Source: Cyanophora paradoxa CCMP329
Lineage: Eukaryota; Plantae; Glaucophyta
Reading direction: 5' to 3'
DNA length: 64,000 bases
Assembly (NCBI GenBank): GCA_004431415.1
Contig: QPMI01000117.1
Coordinates: forward strand, 248,001-312,000
The notes under the pieces: generated by a model
What the model saw: only the letters and a program-made list of their open reading frames with translations
What the model was told of the DNA's origin: nothing
Database searches by the model: none
In this document: piece by piece, positions 59,778 to 64,000 of the stretch
Position numbering within the stretch: position 1 is the first letter of the stretch
How the letters are laid out: the number at the start of each line of letters is the position of its first letter
Translations under genes and position numbers: made by a program

Positions 59778-60142
59778 TCGGGGCGTACTTGGCCGCGTGG
59801 GCCCTGCGGGACTCCTCGGCCTTGCGCGCCTCCTCGGCCTCGCGCTTGATCCGAAGGGCCTCCTGCTTGGCCCGGTAGGCCTCGCGCTCCTCCGGAGTCT
59901 GAGGAATCGTGCGCCACCTTGTGGGCCAGAAGGGCCGGCCCGTGCTGCTCCGGTGGCTGAAGGGCTCGGCGGGCACGGCGGGCTCTGCGGGCTGGCGCAG
60001 AATCAGCATAGGCGTGCGCGAACCAAAAGGGGGCGCGGCGGACCTTGGGCGCGGGCTCGGCGGAGAAGATGCGGGCACAGAGGGCCTCGGTCTCCTCGAG
60101 GTTGCCGCAGTCGAAGAAGGTGTTGTCGTCGGCGGTCGACAT
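59674..60142 (-). CDS. small basic/coiled-coil orphan protein, one intron
   Basis: Intron 59992-60043 (GT..CTGAT..CAG) joins MSTADDNTFF...PAPK in frame to PAEPAV...TPEEREAYRAKQEALRIKREAEE. Confidence 0.6.
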
Positions 60143-60244
60143 GGCGGGGCGGCGGAGGGTTGGTGTTGGAAGAGAGATTCGGTATGCCTCAGAAAGTGTG
60201 AGGCCGACTGGCGGCGACTCGGGTTTTGTGGGGGCCCGGGGGTG

Positions 60245-60491
60245 CTAGGAGCCACGGCCCGAGGAGCCTAGGAGCCACGGCCCGAGGAGCCTAGGAGCCG
60301 GAAAAAAAGAAGTCCTAGTAGCCTGAAATTTCAGGCAAGGTGTACCCCCCCAAGTCTCCTAAGACCCGGGCTCCTAGGCGGATCCGGATCCGAACATCGG
60401 ATCCTACGAGGCAGGGATCCGAGCTTGCAAGTACCATCCGACGTTCGGATCCGGGGTCGGATCCGACTTTGGCCCGGTGCATAAATAGGGG
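60245..60491. promoter_or_regulatory. divergent promoter region with a 23-bp tandem repeat and GGATCC palindromes
   Basis: CTAGGAGCCACGGCCCGAGGAGC x2+, multiple (C)GGATCC(G), and GCATAAATAGGGG, between ATGs 60142(-) and 60545(+). Confidence 0.6.
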
Positions 60492-60544
60492 GCCGCGCGC
60501 CACCGGGGCTCACTCTCGTCCCGCTAGAACAGCCGCAACCCGAC

Positions 60545-61249
60545 ATGGCCCGCAGCGATTCCAAGGTCCCCGAGGTTCCGGACGTCTCCAAGGGCGCCGA
60601 GGTTGCCGAGGTCGCCAAGGGCCCGGACGGTCTCTGCTGCGGGTGCAAGGACCCCAAGGCGCCCCAGGGGAAGCGCGACTGGCCGAAGAGCAGCGTGCCG
60701 TACCTCGCGTCCTGCAAGATCCCGAGGTCGCCCGGATACGTGCGCCGTCCGGGGCCGATCTCGCGCGCCGGGGCCGACCGGGTCGCGCAGGAGGTCGTCC
60801 TCTTCCACGGCAAGAGTTACAAGGAGGTCACCCAGGTCATGGTGTTCGGGCGGTGCTGGGACGAGGAGCGCATGGACTGGTACGAGCACCCGCTGATCGG
60901 CCAGTGCGGCCACGTGGTGCGATCGGTGGACTGCCCCGTGTCCGGCAAGGACTACCTGGTCTGCATCTTCCCGAGCCTGGACTACGTGGTGCGGCCCTCT
61001 TCGGGCCCGAGTACGCCTTTCCTAACCCCGGGCCCGCAGTGGGTCCACGGCGAGTGCGTCGTCGGGTTCACCCACCGCTTTGCCACCCGCAGCACCCCGG
61101 CGTTCCCCAGGCAGATCGCCGCAGCCCCCGCCGTGCCCGTAGATCCCGTAGCCCCCGCCGGCCCCGTAGAACCCGTCGGCCGCAAGAGGGCGCGGGCGGG
61201 CGACGATGCCCCACAGGAGCGCCGCGTCACCCGTGTCACGCGCAAGTAG
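60545..61249 (+). CDS. orphan 234-aa protein with basic NLS-like tail
   Basis: Intronless ORF downstream of the TATA module; ends GRKRAR...RRVTRVTRK. Confidence 0.7.
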   Translation: MARSDSKVPEVPDVSKGAEVAEVAKGPDGLCCGCKDPKAPQGKRDWPKSSVPYLASCKIPRSPGYVRRPGPISRAGADRVAQEVVLFHGKSYKEVTQVMVFGRCWDEERMDWYEHPLIGQCGHVVRSVDCPVSGKDYLVCIFPSLDYVVRPSSGPSTPFLTPGPQWVHGECVVGFTHRFATRSTPAFPRQIAAAPAVPVDPVAPAGPVEPVGRKRARAGDDAPQERRVTRVTRK

Positions 61250-61301
61250 GTGGTGTGTGCGCGAAATTTCGAGGGGTACGGTAGATCGCAAGGGATCCAC
61301 G

Positions 61302-61880
61302 ATGCATTGGATGCACGGGGGGTTCCCCATTCGGGGCGACAGGGGGAACAGCAACCGCCTCTTCCCCGTCACCGATGATCCGGAGGTCAACAGGGCCGCG
61401 GGGCTGGCGACGGAGATCGAGGGGTACGCGGTGCAGCTCCGACGGCAACTGGCGATGCTGCAGAGGGTAAACGAGGTTCACCTTTACGAACAGCACCTGT
61501 CCGAGGAGATGCGGCTGCCCCCCGAGGAGCGGTTCGGGGATTATCAGGGGGACCCCGGGCTGTTCGATGTCATTTTCAGGCCGAAGGGGGAGGTCTACCC
61601 GTCGAACCCGTGGGAGCACAGGATGATCGAACTGCGGGGGGATCCGGCGGCCCAGGAAAGGCACGTGCAAGACTTCCGGAGGTGGGTACGGGGAGAAAGT
61701 GACAGAACCATGGGGCTGTACTTCCCGCTCGTAATGCAACTAGGGGAGCCGCACGCGTCCCAGCTGGACAGGACGATGCCCCCGCAGGCCTGGGATGATG
61801 GCGGTCGCGGCAGGTTCGGCGTCGGGGTCCGCAGCTACATCGATCGGCAGCGGATGCAGGAGATGATGCGGCACACGTGA
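61302..61880 (+). CDS. orphan protein (~190 aa)
   Basis: Intronless ORF with normal composition from MHWMHGGFPIRG. Confidence 0.65.
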   Translation: MHWMHGGFPIRGDRGNSNRLFPVTDDPEVNRAAGLATEIEGYAVQLRRQLAMLQRVNEVHLYEQHLSEEMRLPPEERFGDYQGDPGLFDVIFRPKGEVYPSNPWEHRMIELRGDPAAQERHVQDFRRWVRGESDRTMGLYFPLVMQLGEPHASQLDRTMPPQAWDDGGRGRFGVGVRSYIDRQRMQEMMRHT

Positions 61881-61891
61881 GGTCTACGGGG

Positions 61892-62137
61892 CTACGGGAA
61901 GAGCCACTTATCCACCGTCGTGCGCACCCCGAAGAGCCGGTGTGCCGCGATCCCGGCCGCAAAGACCGAGAGGAGCGCCGTCCAGATGCAGATCCCGTAG
62001 TAATCCGCGAGGACGCGAGCGGTCGCGATGCTTAACAGGATATCGACGATCGCGAGGCCGCAGACGTGGAAGTGGACGCCGGTGCCGGGGCGGCCGAGGG
62101 AGTCGGAGAGGTGGGAGAGGGAGGCTTGCATTTGCAT
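61892..62137 (-). CDS. small two-TM orphan protein
   Basis: Hydrophobic segments LAIVDILLSIATA and IWTALLSVFAAGIAA. Confidence 0.55.
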   Translation of the reverse strand: MQMQASLSHLSDSLGRPGTGVHFHVCGLAIVDILLSIATARVLADYYGICIWTALLSVFAAGIAAHRLFGVRTTVDKWLFP

Positions 62138-62155
62138 GTGATAAAGGAAGACAAT

Positions 62156-62614
62156 TTAGACGTTGTACTTCTCCTGGTACGCCTTTTTGCGGATCCAGAG
62201 AGCATTGGGATGTGTTGGGTCATAATTGATGCTATCCGTGTCTGGGATGTACCGGCCCTTTTTCTTGTTTGCCTCATCGCCATCCCAGTTGCTGATTGTC
62301 ATACTCTCGGGATCCTCGCCATCCACGGTTATGATGAGAGGCTGATCCTTATTCCATCCTGGGTAATCGGGGATGGTGAGGCGGTATACATCCTCCCCAT
62401 CCTTGGTTGTTCGGGAGTAGCGGATGACATGCGGGCGCGCCATTCCCTTGACACCACCGGGAAGGGTAGCCTCGTGTGTCGGGTTGTACCACTTGCCCTC
62501 GAGGGGGTGCGCGGTCTTTCCGGTGTCGGAGCTGCTTCCCATGAGCAAGAAGGCAGCACCGACACCGACAACAAGGAGGAGGATAACGAGGATGAGGACA
62601 GCAGAGCCGGCCAT
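62156..62614 (-). CDS. N-terminally membrane-anchored orphan protein
   Basis: MAGSAVLILVILLLVVGVGAAFLLM TM, then LEGKWY beta-type domain. Confidence 0.7.
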   Translation of the reverse strand: MAGSAVLILVILLLVVGVGAAFLLMGSSSDTGKTAHPLEGKWYNPTHEATLPGGVKGMARPHVIRYSRTTKDGEDVYRLTIPDYPGWNKDQPLIITVDGEDPESMTISNWDGDEANKKKGRYIPDTDSINYDPTHPNALWIRKKAYQEKYNV

Positions 62615-62648
62615 GGGTGATACAGAGGATGCAAGAAAAATCTAGGAC

Positions 62649-63644
62649 CTAAGACCTACCGATGGCAGTGTTCAGGGCATCAAATGCCAGCCGTAAATCG
62701 TTTGCCTGTGCATCAGTTACGGCAGTTCCCATCACATAGCCGCCATTGCGATTATCCGACGGTCCGTGTATTTCTTCAGCTTCACCTGCAGTTCCTGTAG
62801 CGCTTCCATGGGAGGTGCTTACTGTAACACTCCAATCCGAAGGAGTGGAATTTTGTGTACCAGTTACAAGAGTGCATTCCGACTTATTGCCATTTGCATA
62901 GTAATAAACAGGTGTACCCAGAGCTCCCTGCGTCATAAGCATCAATCCGACAACCGGCACTGTTTGATTTGTGTTCATCTGTCCACCCCATCCGCAGCGG
63001 TTTGCCGTATTGTCGGTGAGAATGTAGTGGCGCGACCACTCCAACCCCCTGAATACGCCCATGAGTCGGGTTGCGGTTGGGGGCAAAGAGAGGGCAAATA
63101 CCCCAAAGTGGAGGTTCGATCCATTGGTAGTTATCGAAGAAAGTTTGACCCCTGTGTCAATAAACCCACCCGCAGTTACAGAGACCCGAGTCCCCGTGAT
63201 TCCTTGCAGTCTTCCATAGGTACAAGCTGTCGCACCAGTCCCCAAAGCTCTATTCGTGTCTGCAGTTGCTCCCAAAACCGTATTGATCGGACAGAGAGCA
63301 GTATTGATATCGGCACCACAGAAGGTATTCAACCGCCTGAGTGCACCCCATGTTCCGTTTGCAGAGTTAATGAGCGCGTTCACAAAAGCAATATGCGCAT
63401 CCTCCTCTGTGGCGTTCACTCCCGCCCCTCCGTTCGCCGCTATGGCCGCTTTCCAATCTGCAACTCTCTTGTTCGCAAATGATTGTGTTCCTTTCAAGGT
63501 CGACAGCCTAACGACCCCAGTGGTTGGGGCAGGGTACGTTGAGAACCCCAGCAGTTTCGAAAAGCGGAACTTGCCAGTCAACCCCATCATTTTCTGCAGG
63601 GATGACATGGTGATCTTTGTTGTCCCCACGGTCTGGACAGGCAT
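62649..63644 (-). CDS. virion fibre/tail-like protein
   Basis: N-terminal ITMSSLQKMMG...PTTGVVRLSTLKG motif of the kind seen in viral fibre proteins; DWKAAIAANGG...AFVNAL..G.W..L..L..FCG; Thr/Gly/Asn-rich beta-sandwich-like body. Confidence 0.55.
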   Translation of the reverse strand: MPVQTVGTTKITMSSLQKMMGLTGKFRFSKLLGFSTYPAPTTGVVRLSTLKGTQSFANKRVADWKAAIAANGGAGVNATEEDAHIAFVNALINSANGTWGALRRLNTFCGADINTALCPINTVLGATADTNRALGTGATACTYGRLQGITGTRVSVTAGGFIDTGVKLSSITTNGSNLHFGVFALSLPPTATRLMGVFRGLEWSRHYILTDNTANRCGWGGQMNTNQTVPVVGLMLMTQGALGTPVYYYANGNKSECTLVTGTQNSTPSDWSVTVSTSHGSATGTAGEAEEIHGPSDNRNGGYVMGTAVTDAQANDLRLAFDALNTAIGRS

Positions 63645-63702
63645 GAGGTCATGAATCAGACAATCAAATTATTTTTACGGCAGACTGGACCATCGTACCG
63701 AG

Positions 63703-64000
63703 TCACCTCACAAAAACCATCACCGGGTTGCTGTTCTTGAAGGTTGGATGGAGTGCTCCTTGTGTGTTGAATCCATTTTCACCCCAAAAAATCCAGGTTG
63801 GATCGTGAACGCTCCCGGGTGATATCCATGGATCTTCAGCGTTTAAATTGCGGTGGTAAATATAGGCATTTGTGTTTCTGTCGGCGGTCCCCATGTTCTG
63901 AGATGACCCAGTCATTGTAACTACTTTTCCAGATTCAATCGGGAACGTAATCTGGGACAACGGGAAATAAAACCAGTACCCGGTTGTTGTCCAAAAAAGG
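63703..64000 (-). CDS. 3' end of a further orphan ORF, truncated by the window
   Basis: Open frame ending ...HPTFKNSNPVMVFVR*. Confidence 0.55.
   Translation of the reverse strand, partial: LFWTTTGYWFYFPLSQITFPIESGKVVTMTGSSQNMGTADRNTNAYIYHRNLNAEDPWISPGSVHDPTWIFWGENGFNTQGALHPTFKNSNPVMVFVR

Larger units (their letters stand above)
52140..64000. mobile_element. putative endogenous DNA-virus-like element (right end outside the window)
   Basis: Abrupt switch from an intron-dense host gene to compact, mostly single-exon orphan ORFs; HNH nuclease, YqaJ motif, fibre-like protein; shared promoter module; lower GC after ~62 kb; no capsid/polymerase hallmark in the window. Confidence 0.65.

Noticed and set aside
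52140-64000. Assigning the element to Polinton/PLV, virophage, NCLDV or mirusvirus
   Set aside because: No capsid, polymerase, ATPase or integrase recognisable in this window

Overview
GC-rich, intron-dense eukaryotic (protist/algal-type) nuclear DNA, not prokaryotic. Most long ORFs in the track are GC-shadow or intron read-through frames, so genes were reconstructed by hand from GT/GC-AG splice sites. (1) 4.2-13.3 kb (+): a multi-exon ankyrin-repeat protein with a catalytic-type TIR domain, a degenerate second TIR, a coiled coil and a C-terminal CaaX box. (2) 14-26 kb: a nest of hAT and Tc1/pogo-type non-autonomous DNA transposons around three Cys-module genes with acidic tails; two of them are convergent and share an inverted 3' end. 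(3) 26.3-29.55 kb (-): an inverted, internally deleted copy of the ankyrin-TIR gene. (4) ~29.6-37.2 kb (+): a coiled-coil HECT E3 ligase carrying a Nup98-type GLEBS motif. (5) 40.1-52.1 kb (+): a very large multi-pass membrane protein resembling fungal Gtb3-class GT4 polysaccharide synthases, apparently cut off at ~52.1 kb. (6) ~52.1 kb to the window end: a compact, virus-like gene block with a DCL/HNH nuclease, a YqaJ fragment, a tandem tri-SUMO gene, a further SUMO-fusion, orphan ORFs and a fibre-like protein. Some of these genes carry host-type introns, and no capsid, polymerase or integrase hallmark is visible inside the window. Family assignments are from motif recognition only; no searches were run.
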